Assembly (NCBI GenBank): GCA_905178155.1
Contig: CAJINV010000001.1
Span: 13,553,712-13,617,711 of the forward strand
Source: Amoebophrya sp. A120
Taxonomy: Eukaryota > Protista > Dinoflagellata
Length of the DNA: 64,000 bases
Direction: 5' to 3'
Numbering within the stretch: position 1 is the stretch's first letter; the number at the start of each line of letters is the position of its first letter. Below are positions 23,841 to 36,802 of the stretch, piece after piece. The notes under the pieces are model-generated. The model did no database searches and was not told the origin of the DNA. It worked only from the letters and a program-made list of their open reading frames with translations. The translations under genes were made by a program, and so were the position numbers.

Positions 23841-26543
23841 ATGTCGGACCCGCCGGCTTCGCAGAGACCGAGGCTCGAACTCGGGCCAAAGGTGGTGGAA
23901 GATGATGAGGACTTTCCCAGTCGGCACACCAGTTCGTGCTCGGACCAGGTGATGCAGGATGTTGCCGTGTTTGGGGCCGCCGGCGCCGCTTCCAGCAGCA
24001 GTTCTTCGCTTCCCAGCACGACCTACGCTTCCAGTAAGATCGGACCGCCGGGGAACAGTCTGACGCTGAGCATGCGGGACCGGAGTAGTAGCAGCAACGG
24101 GCCGATGAAAAAGAACCCGGATGACCACGACAAGTTCGCGAGTCGGTGCCTGAGCCCGTCGTACAAGGCACGGCGGAGGGCGTCCGGGCGGGGGACGTTC
24201 AACACGCCGCGCGTTTCCATGTCGAGCAAGCCGGTACGGCGGCGGCCGTCGAACCAGAAGCCCGGGCCGCTGAACAACCTCTCCTCCAGTCCGCGGTGGC
24301 TCGGCAACTTGTACCCCAGCAACTACGACGTGGAGCCGGACACGCCAGCGGTCGAGCGGGCGTCGTCCGCCTCGAGCCTGTCTGGGCTGCTTAGCGGGGG
24401 GTTACCGAACCGGAAATCTCTGGCGGCGGGGAACAGTCGGATCAACGACTTTTTCAACGTGGACATGATTGGTACGGTCGAAAATAATAACCAGAGTGCT
24501 GCAAGCACTACCAGCGGTACTGGTGGGGGTCTTCTTCAAGGGGGGCAACTGCTACAAGGCTGCACAGATGCGGAGTCTTCAATGGTGATATCTACTTCCG
24601 ACTCGCTCGGTGGCACTCCGCGGGGGCTGGAAGGGTTTTTGTCGAAGACTTCGCCGACGTTTGGGGTCACCGGGGCGCGGACGCTCTTTCCCAGTGCTGC
24701 CACACAAGGTGCTGGGGTCATGAATAGCAGCGGTCAAAATAGTAATTCAGCTCCGAGTTCTTCTTCATCCGATATGATGGGCAGCAGTAGCAGTCTCGGC
24801 ACACCGCTCATGTCATCTGCTTCCACTACCATGCCGGCGCTGCAAAGTCACGACTTGGTGGAGGCACAATCGCTGTTGGAGACCCCTTCCCCCGTTGCGA
24901 ATCCCGCAGCCCGCGCTTCCGCGGTGCCTCCGCCGGCGATGGGGACCATTCTGGAGGAAGAAGAATTTGACGAGAATGACGAGAATCGACAGCGCAATTC
25001 TTGTGGAAAGAGCAAACTTGTGATGCCGCAGCCGGAGCACGCGCCGTCCTACAGCGGAGTGGATCTCGACAGCGGAGTAGATGACCAAATGGAAGTGTAT
25101 TTTGAAAACGGTAGCAACCCGTCATCTGGAGCGTCACTGTCACAAAAGCCCGATCTGCACAAACAAATTCCCGCCTGGAACAAGCTCCACGAACGCGTTC
25201 TGCTGCGAATGATCTCGCCGCCGCTTCAACATGTTGCAGGGGTGCCACCTAGTTCTGGAGGTCCAGGCATCGAGCGTGGGTCGTTTGCGCCGCAAGACGG
25301 GAAGATGAATGCCGCAAGTACAGCAACAACAAATGAGGTGTTCACTTTGGAAGCCGGCGTGGGCTATTCACTGTGGGAGGGTAACGAAACCGGCGGTGGT
25401 GCATCTTCCTCTTCTTCGCAGCCGCCACGACCCCGGGAAGGAATGTTTCAGACCATGCCGGGTCTTACAACTCCCCGCGAAAACAGCCAGGACAACAGTG
25501 GAATGCCGATTTCCAGCAGCAGCAGCGGTTCAGCTGCTTCAAGGGGGCTAATGGGACCACCGCCGATGACAGGCGGCAGCACTACAATGGTACCGGCGGC
25601 CAACAACATCTTCAATAACCCCGTCCTAGAACAAAGAACGGTGACCCAAAGTGGTGCTGCTCCAGCAGCCGGCGCTGGTTTTGGGGTACTAAATCCACCA
25701 ACGCAACAGCACCCAAAGATCCCGCCACTTGCCTTGAATCTTCCCCGGGCAATCTCGACCTCGAGCAACCAAGATAAAGACACGCGGGCGACCACGCCCG
25801 CGTTTGAGATGAACAACGGGAATTCGTCGACTTCGGAAATAAACAAGAAGTCCAAAAGCGAGCCGAAATCGGGGCTGCGTCGGAGAGGAGAGATTGTCTT
25901 GGCGATGAATGGTCTGTCCGGCACTGGTGGAAGCAGCAGCAGTAGTGGTAGTAACATCTTCACTCAGCAACAAAATGCCCCGGGGGGGACGGCGGGGCCA
26001 CAGGGCACAGCTTCGAGCAGCAGTAGTTTATTCGCAGCACAACCGCATGCAATCAACCAGCAGCATGCGGCTGCTTCCTCCAGCAGCAATAGCTCCGCGA
26101 TCCCTCACGTCCCGCCGCAACACGAACAGCAACAGAACAGTAGCGCCATGTTCAACAATGCCAGCCGCGCCCCGTCCTCGACACATCCCCCTCTTGGCGT
26201 GCTCTCGCGGTCGACCTTGCTCGGGCTGAACCGTCTGGCGAAGACGAACTCCATTGCGATTTCGTCCGAAGCCGCGTCGTCGGAGGTGAGTAGCATGCGG
26301 GAGTACGACTTTGCGCCGGGGGTGCGGAAGCGGAAAAAGTCGGACTCGGTCGTCGCAAACTTTCCAACGGACGAAGAGAACCTGGACGACGACTCGGACT
26401 TGTCCTTCGTGCCGCCGCCCGCAAAACGGCCGCGGGCGGCGACCATGACCGAATTGGATTCCGAGCGGCTGCAGCAGCTGCGCGAGAGTCCCGAAGATGC
26501 CGGCTTCGCCGGGGCGATCTTGGAAGAATTCCGAAGTTCGTGA
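23841..26543 (+). CDS. Hypothetical Ser/Gly/Pro-rich disordered protein (900 aa) with basic NLS-like motifs
   Basis: Uninterrupted 2.7-kb ORF with GC-rich third positions; RKRKK and PPPAKRPR near the C-terminus. No recognisable domain. Confidence 0.7.
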   Translation: MSDPPASQRPRLELGPKVVEDDEDFPSRHTSSCSDQVMQDVAVFGAAGAASSSSSSLPSTTYASSKIGPPGNSLTLSMRDRSSSSNGPMKKNPDDHDKFASRCLSPSYKARRRASGRGTFNTPRVSMSSKPVRRRPSNQKPGPLNNLSSSPRWLGNLYPSNYDVEPDTPAVERASSASSLSGLLSGGLPNRKSLAAGNSRINDFFNVDMIGTVENNNQSAASTTSGTGGGLLQGGQLLQGCTDAESSMVISTSDSLGGTPRGLEGFLSKTSPTFGVTGARTLFPSAATQGAGVMNSSGQNSNSAPSSSSSDMMGSSSSLGTPLMSSASTTMPALQSHDLVEAQSLLETPSPVANPAARASAVPPPAMGTILEEEEFDENDENRQRNSCGKSKLVMPQPEHAPSYSGVDLDSGVDDQMEVYFENGSNPSSGASLSQKPDLHKQIPAWNKLHERVLLRMISPPLQHVAGVPPSSGGPGIERGSFAPQDGKMNAASTATTNEVFTLEAGVGYSLWEGNETGGGASSSSSQPPRPREGMFQTMPGLTTPRENSQDNSGMPISSSSSGSAASRGLMGPPPMTGGSTTMVPAANNIFNNPVLEQRTVTQSGAAPAAGAGFGVLNPPTQQHPKIPPLALNLPRAISTSSNQDKDTRATTPAFEMNNGNSSTSEINKKSKSEPKSGLRRRGEIVLAMNGLSGTGGSSSSSGSNIFTQQQNAPGGTAGPQGTASSSSSLFAAQPHAINQQHAAASSSSNSSAIPHVPPQHEQQQNSSAMFNNASRAPSSTHPPLGVLSRSTLLGLNRLAKTNSIAISSEAASSEVSSMREYDFAPGVRKRKKSDSVVANFPTDEENLDDDSDLSFVPPPAKRPRAATMTELDSERLQQLRESPEDAGFAGAILEEFRSS

Positions 26544-27428
26544 TAGAATTCGAAATCTGGCAGTTGGTTGGTTGTAGGTAGTGGTTTTTGCGGGGATTGA
26601 TATCTTCGAGAGACCGTAGTGATCAATCCCTTTGTACTGGAGCTCGTTTTATTCACGCGTCCTGGCAGCTGATGTGCCCCTAGCAGTCCTGCTACCCTGT
26701 GTTTTGCTAAATGAGGATGATGACGACATTTCTGATATTGTCAGATACACAGCGACATAGTTTTTCGAGGTCTACTTCTCATTTCACCTCAAGGTGCTAC
26801 AGGTGACTTCGTGTGATGTATGCAGCAAAAATGCTGGACGAAGCTGGACACAAGGCGACATGCGCTGGATCTAGAAGGATGTTTGAAATGTTCGTCTTCG
26901 ATTGCAATGGATCGTAAAAATTGCGAATGCGTTTGGCGTGAACATAATCAGCAAGCTTTCGGTCCTCGTGCGCTTTCAATGTCTGTGCAAGTAAATCCGA
27001 AATCGGAAATTTGATGTCGTGCGCTGAAAGAAATTCATGTCGGATCGTGCATCCCGTGCGTCGTGTCTTCGTCGTCGTCATTTCGTTTTAGAAATAGAAG
27101 AGTTAGGTCCTGATCTCTTGTCGTTTTCTCTAATCGTCTAACAGGGTCGAGCTTCGGCTCCCACCCCTCCACGCCAGTGGACAGGTGGAACCTCTTTTCT
27201 TTTCCCCCCTAGCTGGTTTTAAAAGTACTTGCCAGTAGCTCCACACTGTTTAAACGGCATCAAGAAAACTTACCTTCATTGTATGTCTACGATGCACGAC
27301 ACTGCAACGCCCCTATTTTCGTAGTGACTATTGCAGCTCTTTGTTGATTGCCGCTCGCGAAAAAGGATTTATCTCTCTTCCTCGTCCCGCACAACGAAGA
27401 ACCCGTTCAGAAAAAAGAAAAAGGCATC

Positions 27429-29138
27429 ATGGTCGAACAAAATTTCGCAAAGCCGGCGGTGCAGGTACCACAAGGGGCGGAACAGCCGCCGCCAGCCGCA
27501 GATGTCCAGAGCGATCCCTCGTGGGATGGGGACCGGCCGCTGTACCAGATGGGGGAGAACCTCCCGCACCTGCCGAGTTTCATGCCCAAAATATTGATGG
27601 ACGAGGTCCGCGTGCACACGAATCGCTCCGTCGTCACGGTGAGCCAAGCGGCCAGCGAGGCGGGCGAGTCGTTTTCCGCTTACAACGCGATTGCGGATAA
27701 GGTGGTGCTCCTCCGGGCCACGCTCGCCTACTCCTCCAGCCTCTGCTGGGCCAACCGCGGGTTTTGCATCCCGGCCATTTTTGTGTACTTCATCATCGTC
27801 GCGCGCTGCGCGTCGGCGATCGAGAACGAGGGCCAGGGTGAGTCCTGGGACGCGCTGCTGGAAACCTGCTCTGAGTGGGGGCAGCGCGGCGGCGACTACG
27901 CGCCGGCCATGCTGTCGACCATCCTGCCCATCTTCCTCGTGGTGTTCTACGTCAACGCTGCGATCAAAAGGTATTCGTGTGGTCCATGTTGCTTGTAGCA
28001 GATGAGAATGATTTTCAACCTTCGCTCCTAGGAGTACTTACTTCTTATCCTTGCGGCAAAAAGTAGTAGATCTGAAGAAAAATCTATCAACCGCAGGTAC
28101 TACAAGATGTACGACGCGTGCCGGGAGATGGCGGACATCACAGACCAGGCGGTGGGCATCTGCATGATTGACTTCCGGAAGCACCCGGAATGCCTGAAAG
28201 AACAGGTTCGATGCATGCACGTCGCGCGGATGCTGGTCTTGCTCCACACGGCGAAGGAAACCTATCCGCCGATCGAATTTTTTGTGCCCCTCGCCTCCTG
28301 TTTCGGCGACAAAAGCCACGGGCTGCTGACCGCCGCGGAGGTGAAGAAGGTCCGGGCGGAGGGGTACAGCGAGCACCTGTGCCAGTACTTCACGATCAAG
28401 GCGCTGAACGTGATTTTCGCCGGCACCGCGAAGGGCATCATCAGCGAGCCCGGCGCCGCGATGCGGTTGAACCACCTGAATCAGATGATGGAGGCGAGCC
28501 AGAAAATTAAGCGACTGACTTCCATGCAGTACCCGCCGACCTACACCTATTTAGTCTCCTCCACCGTTGGGATTTCCTGTATGCTGGAAATCGCTTTCGC
28601 CTCCACGCGCGTTGGGCTCCAGTGGCGGCAAATGATGTTCTGGGAGTCGTTGGTGATAACGCTAATTCTGTTAGTAGCGCAGCAAGTGTGTCTTTTTGGA
28701 ATTTTAGGTGTCGCGGGGGAAATGGTGGACCCGTTTGGGTCCGACATCCGTGATTTCCCGATCCTGCACATGTGCATCGAGCCGCTGCAGCACACGATGC
28801 AACTGCTGTGGCGGTACTTCCCTATGCGGGATGATCCGGAGGCGAACGAGGGGTTCATCAGCGAACTTGGGGAGGCGGAGCGGAAACGGCAGCGCGTGCT
28901 GAAGAAGCAGGATTTGCAGTACCGCCACAACGCGGACAATATCGGCGAGTTTCACGAATCCACGCTGATGTCGCGGGAGATGCTCTTGTCCGTCACGCCG
29001 GCGAAGCTGGGAGAGTATTACAGCCGCGAGGCGGAAACGGTGCTGAACGCGCTCAAGGACCGAATCAAAGAGCACCAAGAGGAAGCGGAGGAGGAGCAGC
29101 GAACCTTCCGAAGCAGACAAAAAAACAGAAGCAAGTAG
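27429..29138 (+). CDS. Bestrophin-like anion channel, copy 1 (exons 27429..27970, 28097..29138)
   Basis: TM then FLVVFYVNAAIKR/YYKMYDACR, and GVAGEMVDPFGSDIRDFP (bestrophin ExxxPFGxDxxDxP motif); GT-AG intron. Confidence 0.75.
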
Positions 29139-30129
29139 GCAGCGAGTTGCTGTTGTTCAGGCGAAGGGGATAGACTGGTTAACGCATGACCGGGGCGGTG
29201 CTGGATTATGGAAATTTATGGCTTTTTCGATTTTCAAAAAGAAAAATTTGCATACGAGTTTTCCTTTTTTGTTGTACAGGTGTTTCTATCTATGAGTTGT
29301 ATTTCGAACTTGCTTTCGACACTTCTACATTAGTTGGCTGCCTCTTGTTGACGGTGTGCGTATAACTCCATGATCTTCTACGTGTGTGTAACAAACTCCA
29401 TCTCTAGCGGCCTGATAAGAACCCAAAACTGTGTTTCCACTCTCTACTGCTCGAGCCAGTTAGAGCCGTTCCTGCAGCTCCTACTCGGTAGAAGTGAGGT
29501 GCCTCACTGCCGCGTCGCTATTCGAACAAGTATCTTTCTTTTACCAGGGGCACAAGGAGTCCCCTAAGTGATCATCGGTCCTGAACTTCCATCATCTGGT
29601 AAAAAAAAGCTTTCGGTTGCTGATGATGCACAGCGGTGGACGTGGAACGCGCGTACAACAAAGCTCGGTTTTCGTACACTTTGATGAATTGGACTGCACC
29701 ATGAATTCGTCCGAAACGCCTTTACTTTCGTACGGACTCGTTGCAAGAAAGATGAAGCTTCGTGTGTCGTCCTCCATACAGTTTTTTCTAGCCGCACTTC
29801 GAAACTGTCACACCGACGACTATCTCTATCAGGACCCAATCGACACTCAAATACATCCCGTACATTTAGTACAATTTTTCTACGCAGCCTTTGTACGACT
29901 ACACTAAATTTTGAAATTGAGGACGACGCGCCAGCACAGGCAGTCGTTTTCAGATTTGAGTATTTAGTCTACCGCAAGAACTTCTTACTTTCGAAGGTAG
30001 AGGTACTGGTTTTTCGTGATCGTGTTTCCTTGTCTTCTTCGATGAAAACCTTTATCTCGTTCATGCAGAATTTAGAATCCATCCCCGCTGATAGTGATCC
30101 AAGTAGCGGGCAAACTTGTATGAGTCGCC

Positions 30130-31939
30130 ATGGTTGAACAAACTCAGCGTCGTTCTTCCTTTCGCGGTCGTAACAGAAACGGGACTGTTGTTCAACCGCC
30201 AATGGACGTCGCAGGAGCGCAGCAGCAGCAAGTGGACACCTTGTCCGACCCGTCGTACGATGGGGAGCGACCGGTGTACCAGATGGGGACCAACCTCCCC
30301 TACCTGCCGAATTTCATGCCGAAGATTTTGATGGACGAGGTCCGCGTGCACACGAATCGCTCCGTTGTCACAGTATCCGAAGGGTCTTCCTCCACCGAGG
30401 GGTCCCCCGGCGCAAGCAAGTTCAATATCAACCTGTGGGACGCCATCAAGGACAAATTCAACCTCGCCCGCGCAACCCTGGTCTACAGTTCCAACCTGTC
30501 CTGGGCGAACCGGGGTTTCTGTATCCCGGCTCTGATGGTCTACTTCATCATTGTGGCCCGATGCGCCTCGGCGATTGACCATGAGGGCGAGAGCGAGACC
30601 TGGGACGCCCTGTTGGACACCTGCTCCGAGTGGGGCAGCCGCGGAAACGACTACGCACCCAGTATGCTGGCGACCATCTTGCCCATCTTCCTGGTGGTGT
30701 TCTACGTGAATGCAGCGATCAAAAGGTAACGTTTTTTTGCGCGTACTTGTAGTGTTTTTACAACAACAGCTACAGCCTGTGTAGATAGAATTCCTTTCCT
30801 TTTCGGAGCGAGAATGAGTTCTAGCTTTTTTCGCGAACATAGAAACATAAAGATATGAGAAGTGAACAAACCGAACAAAATTTCCCAAACCTGCTACTTC
30901 ATGAATCCACAGGTACTACAAGATGTATGACGCGTGCCGGGAGATGGCGGACATCACGGACCAGGCGGTGGGCATCTGCATGATTGACTTTCGCAAGCAC
31001 CCGGAATGCCTGAAGGAGCAGGTGCGGTGCATGCACATCGCGCGGATGCTGGTCCTCCTCCACACGGCGCGCGACACCTATCCGGTGGATGAGTTTTTCG
31101 TGCCGCTGTGCTCCTGCTTCGGCGACAAGGCGGGGGGCCTGCTGACCGCCGCCGAGGTGAAAAAGATTCGGGCCGAGGGGTACAGCGAGCACTTGTGCCA
31201 GGCGTACACGATCAAGGCGCTAAACGTGGTGTTCGCCGCGACCAAGAAGGGCATCATCTCGGAACCGGGCGCGGCGATGCGCATGAACCACCTAAACCAG
31301 ATGATGGAAGCCAGTCAGGTGATCGGGCGGCTGACCTCGATGCAGTACCCGCCGACCTACACGTACTTGGTGTCCTCCACGGTCGGGATTTCCTGTATGC
31401 TGGAAATCGCCTTCGCGTCCACAAGGGTGGGGTTGCTGTGGGGGCAGATGATGTTCTGGGAGTCGCTGGTGATCACGCTAATTTTGTTAGTAGCGCAGCA
31501 GGTCTGCCTCTTCGGTATCCTTGGCGTCGCGGGGGAAATGGTGGATCCTTTCGGGACCGACATCCGCGACTTCCCGATCCTGCACATGTGCATCGAGCCC
31601 CTGCAGCACACGATGCAGCTGCTGTGGCGGTACTTTCCCATGCGGGACGACGAGCAGGCAAACGAGGGCTTTATCTCCGAACTGGGTGAGGAGGAGCGGA
31701 AGCGGCAGAGGATCTTGAAGAAGGAGGACCTGCAATTCCGGCACAAGGGGAGTGACGTAGGGGAGTTTCACGAATCCTGCCTGGTGTCCCGGGAGTTGCT
31801 GCTGACGGCGTCCCCGGCAAAGCTGGGGGAGCACTACAGCAAGGAAGCAGAGCGAACCTTGCTGGGTTTAAAGAGCCAAATCAAGGAACATATGGAGGAG
31901 GAGGAGGCGGACAGGAGGAAAAGGGGGTCGAGCCGCTGA
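30130..31939 (+). CDS. Bestrophin-like anion channel, copy 2 (exons 30130..30725, 30913..31939)
   Basis: Close paralogue of copy 1 with the same intron position; EMVDPFGTDIRDFP. Confidence 0.75.
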
Positions 31940-32680
31940 ATAAATGGCTTCGCAATTTGTTCGGGGCTTTCGCATCAGCTAAAAGCTGGTACTGTTCATC
32001 GTCTCTTGATCATCCCCTTTATTCCGTCTCTCTATCCCCAGTTTTTAGTAATAAGTATACGAATAACAACGTAGAAGAAGAAGCCCACGACCTGCATCAG
32101 CGAATGTGGGGTTCTTTCATAAATTAGCCGCAGGCTTTTTTCAGTAGTTGACGCAGGTGCGATTCTCCCTCACTCTGCATCCTCGATCGTCCCCGATAAG
32201 CTGTACCCAAAATGTTAGACCCGAGAAATATTGTAACTAGTACCCCCGGCCGCGATGAGCACGATATGGACTCCGAAAAAAGTCGCAAGTTTTTTTCTCA
32301 TCCAAAAACTCATGTCGCAAGACAGCTGTGGTTGAAAGTCGTCGGCTGACGTGCTGTCTGGTGCTGCGCCCTGAAAAAGACTGTTGTTCGGTTTTGTTCT
32401 TTGCTTTTACAGAGAGAAGCCGCCTATGTTGCTTGCTCAGAGTTCTTGCACAAGAGAGCATTATTTTGCAAAGCTCTAAACGCCTGGCTGTACACCCCGC
32501 GTGAGCTCCTAAAGAGGAAGATGGGTAGAAGTTTCCGTTGCGCAGAAGTTGCCGTCTAAAACATACCTCCGTTGCTCATGCGACAAAAAACGGCTGCGGC
32601 GTCGGTTCGGATGGGATAGTTGTGGTTGGACGTCCGCACGGTGGGTAGGTCATGCATTCTTTCACGAAGCTCGGACCGCG

Positions 32681-34257
32681 ATGATTTCTGAATCCTCGAT
32701 GATTCCTGGGTCGAAACAACTTTCCTCCCCATCGGCACTGCTACACGACAGCAGCACCTCCAGCAGGAAAAATAAGAACCATCACCGAAATAGTTTTACG
32801 AGTCCGCGGCCCGCAAAATACAAGTACTTCATCAAACGACGACGGAACGAAATCATGTACAGCGTATCCTCGAAGCGGCTCCGGGGCGGCAAGGGGACCT
32901 GCCGCATGACCAACTGCCTGCTCCAATACAGCGAATCCGTTCCCAACCACGGGTCGGTCGCGGGGACGTTTCGGCGCGTGAAGCGGTACGCCGTGCGGAA
33001 CCGGATCTATTGGAAGGCGGAGTCCCCCCTCGCACCGCTGCGCTGGCGGGAGAAGCCGAAGTGGGCGAAGGTGCGGATGTTGGAGGAACTATGAATGGCA
33101 AAAGTATTGTGCTAGTATGAATTGCATTACAAATTTGCTCAGCATTACAAATTAAATTTGTAATGCGGATTTCCCTTAGGAACCAGATTTGTAAATGCAT
33201 AAATGCACTTAGTACGAGTACGATACTTTTGCACAGGATAGGAATCCGTGTACTACAAGAAGTGGTCCTTTCTCAAATACTGCACCGAGGTGGTGAAGCA
33301 CGGAATCGAGTATCCTGAGCAAAAACGTCCCCACCCCAGAGTTGTCATGCAGATTTGCAATGACAGGAACATTTGTAATGCGCACGTACATGAGAGGCGT
33401 TTCCAGTCGTGTTTTGGCATTTGTAATGCTGTAAACAGGATGAGGAGATGGGTTTGTGATGCGACTGTCCTTGCTAACCTGCACTACACTACAAAGACGA
33501 ACTTGTCATGCATGGCTGTCAAAACTCCTGGATTTCTGTTGCAGAGTTCGCAACTTGACTATGGGGAGGGGGGATGTTTCCTTACGATATCGAGAACGAG
33601 TTACCGATCATCGACATGCAGAACCGAAAGACCGACACCGCCTCCGCGAACGTGCACTTATCCGGAATGGCCTGCGATCTGAACAACGTGTCCGAGGCCT
33701 TATCCGATTCGAGGCGCCACCAAATCTCCAACCTCGCGCTGCCCTTCCGCTTCCGCCCCTTCGCGGGGCAGGTGCCGGCGGAGCTCAGCGTGTCCGAGTA
33801 CCTGGAAAGCGGAACGCTCCCCACGAGCGACAGTTTCGAGACCGCGCGGGTCTACCAGCTGAGCAAGACGCACGACAACCTGCCAAAACACTCGCGGCTG
33901 TGCACCTGGGAGGCGGTGTTCACGAAAACGCAGTTGCTGAAGTACACGGAAGAGGGAGTTTTCGTGAAGGACAAGTTTCGCAACGTGGTGACCAGAATCG
34001 GACTGCAGCTCCCTCAGGGAGGTAGCTACAACTCGGACAGCACGGGAGTAGACGAGTCGCTGTCCCTCGCGGCAGATGATAGAAGCAGTTGTGTGCTGCT
34101 CCCTCCCGGAAGCATTGTGCTGCGTACCGAAACACTACCGGAAGAAGAAAGCGTCGCTGTAGAAGAAGGTATAGGTGGTTTGCATTTCATAGTTCCGCGC
34201 TGTTATCAATGTAAGGATATTATTGATTTCTATCAATCCGGGTGTGCATGCGTATGA
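32681..34257 (+). CDS. Hypothetical protein interrupted by two introners
   Basis: Three ORF pieces join in frame (…RMLEE/SVYYKKW…KHGIE/NELPIID…) when each element plus one TSD is removed. Start and end are uncertain. Confidence 0.7.
33090..33240. mobile_element. Introner (151 bp), TSD GGAAC/GGAAT
   Basis: Left tatgaatggcaaaagtattgtgctagta vs reverse complement of right tatcctgtgcaaaagtatcgtactcgta. Removal restores the frame. Confidence 0.85.
33311..33589. mobile_element. Introner (279 bp), family B, TSD TCGAG
   Basis: TCGAG at 33306..33310 and 33590..33594. The body aligns to the reverse complement of 47866..48221. Confidence 0.9.
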
Positions 34258-35015
34258 TTATGTATATTAATGTGTTATTAGAACTCGTCCGTAGTTGAGG
34301 ACTATTAGAACTCCGTAGTTGAGTAAACCTACCTACCCACCCTGTCTCGCCAAAGTTGCTCTCCACTGATCCCGTTCACCGAGAGAAAGAAAATCAGTCG
34401 ATCTACTTCTCGATCCACTTTAAATGCTCCTTTTTCCTGAAGGGAGATTCTTTCGCACCTTCCTGCGCTCTGCGTAGCACCACGCAACCTTCATAAATCC
34501 TTTCGAAAACTAGCCATTTTTCGTCTGGACGACGGGTCTGCAATAGTAAAACGGTGACTCGTGTTGCTGCTCTGGCGTGACACTGTGCTGGCTGCAGTGT
34601 CAAATAGTCCCGCACAACGATCAGAATAGACAACGAATGTAAAACGCTGCTCTTTATTGTTCAAACGTACAGCGAAAAAGACAAAACATGGGCAGCGTTC
34701 ATAAATCCTTCCGCGCTTTTCTTTCCGTGCGCGGGAGGACGACGCGTTTGCTAGAAAAAAACGGTGCCTCGTGTTGCTGGCTCGGCTTTATCTTTACATG
34801 TCGAGAAAACAGTGTCAAAAGGCCCGGACAGTCTTTATTTCCTTCCTATCGCTAGGCTTTTTGCCGCCTTGAAAAAAGTTTTTTTCCACTAAGAAAAAGG
34901 TTCAATGGACCATTGCACCTTCCGCAAGTATTATCTCGATCAATAAACAATTCTAGCAGGTCTTTCTTCCCCCGCCTTCGCGTCTTCTTCGCAGGGGGCG
35001 GAGGCGCAAGCGAGG

Positions 35016-35849
35016 GTGCAGGAATCTCGCTCGATTTCGGCGAAGAAGCACGTGACCTTCCTGCTCACGGAAGACTACCATCGAATGCTGGACGAAGAAT
35101 TTGACAGTGACGCCGATGGGTACGACGTGCCCTTTCTCGCCGCGTTGCCAGCGGATGTCGGGTACAGCGAGGCGACGCTCGTAGACCGGTGGGAGCGATA
35201 CTGGAACAACGACCAAGGAGCTGATGACCCGGTAGATGAACGGCAACAGCGGAGCGAGAGTCATCTGGTCGCACAAGAAGCTGCACATCTCCAGCTTTCC
35301 GCCGCCGCAGACTCGCTGCAGAGTGAAGACGCGGCTGATACTACTACTAGCGGGTACAATCGTCAAGACAATAATGAAGCTTCTGCTCTTACTTCCAGTA
35401 GAACTGCGGAACAGCAAAAAGAAGGGACGGAACTACAACTACGCAGGGAGTCGATAATAAAGCCGACCAAAAGCAAGGACTTCGCGATGTTTGATGGCGT
35501 CGAGACCACCCGCGCGGTCGGGCTCGAGGCAAGGCGCTTGCGTGTCGCCGCGATTTTGCAGGAAAAAAAGCGGCAGTACAAGAGTCTGATGGACAAGGAC
35601 GAAGCGTCTTGTCTAGAAGTACCTGGCGGCTCGGAAGAAGATACTATCTCATCGCTTGGTGGAAGGGAAGCGAGTGCTTTGGATGATTCAGACTCGGATT
35701 CGAAACCGAGCATCGGTGCATTGGCCTTCCAACCGAGCACCGAGTTCGGACCGAGGGAACAGGTGTCGACCGAGGAGTCTGATGCAGCGGATTCAGCCTT
35801 CAACAGGAAAGAAGTTTCCGACAAGCGCCAAAGTGCGACAGGGAGCTGA
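35016..35849 (+). CDS. Hypothetical acidic protein (5' end uncertain)
   Basis: 277-aa ORF rich in D/E/S with coding-like composition; no domain recognised. Confidence 0.55.
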   Translation: MQESRSISAKKHVTFLLTEDYHRMLDEEFDSDADGYDVPFLAALPADVGYSEATLVDRWERYWNNDQGADDPVDERQQRSESHLVAQEAAHLQLSAAADSLQSEDAADTTTSGYNRQDNNEASALTSSRTAEQQKEGTELQLRRESIIKPTKSKDFAMFDGVETTRAVGLEARRLRVAAILQEKKRQYKSLMDKDEASCLEVPGGSEEDTISSLGGREASALDDSDSDSKPSIGALAFQPSTEFGPREQVSTEESDAADSAFNRKEVSDKRQSATGS

Positions 35850-36802
35850 TTTCCATGTAGACGCTGTGAAATTACCACATCGCTTCTCGCATCTTTACCT
35901 ATGAAAAGATGAAAGAATCATTGAAACCTTCTCGCGACAAAAGCAAAGCGCTGCGTATTTGCGCTTTTCTCGAAACTGCGGCATTTTAAAAACCTCTCTG
36001 TTTTTGCTCGGCTAAGTCACAATCACGCAGTTCTTGTTCATCCCTTACGTGCTTTTTCACTTCACCGATCCGGCAAGCCCGTCATGCCAGTCTCGCGTCT
36101 GTGCGCCGTGCTGATTTCGGTCTGTTGGCCTTTACTCTTCCACGTGACTTTCGGTTCTCTTAGTATGTCCCTCCATGATCGTCCTTCGAAGGGTACCCAA
36201 AGTCGTTGTATTCCGTTGCTCGTACTATTACTAACACCCCTTCGGTGCTGTCAACTCTACTTTCACAACTCGGATCATCATAGTACCTACCCTCGGTGGT
36301 GTTTATCACTTGCTCACTATTCGGTGTTCTACCTTCGGTGGTGTACTACGTATGTTGAGTTTCGGTTCGTCCACTATCGTGCTGCCAGCATTTCTCGTAC
36401 ACAAGCTCCTTGCGAAGCGCATGCCGTTACCGTCCGAAATATGTGTCGTATACAGCTTTACCGGTATCTATGCCGACGGGATTACTTGTGCTGAACAGTT
36501 TTCTGTCCGTTCACTTGTTCCAGGTTTTCGAAGTCGGCATTATTTATCCCCAACATAAAAATCTCTCTTATTTCATCCCAAAATCACTTATCACAACTGT
36601 AGTGCTTATCATCCAAGAATCTTCATCACTGAGCCTCCATTTCATCTAAAGCAAAAAAAAAACCGTTTCGTATTCACACCTTGTAAGTAGTGCCGCGACT
36701 AATTCATCGTTACCGCCGTGCCCCTCTCACCTACGTTTCTCCGCAGAAGTAGGACTTGACTTACACGACTAAGGCAAAGCAACACAACGTACTCGACCAC
36801 CC

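Noticed and set aside
34276-34323. Short tandem duplication TATTAGAACTC(GTC)CGTAGTTGAG
   Set aside because: Simple local slippage in a 3' flank.
36230-36370. Repeated TCGGT motifs upstream of family gene 1
   Set aside because: Degenerate low-complexity repetition with no second occurrence to support a regulatory role.
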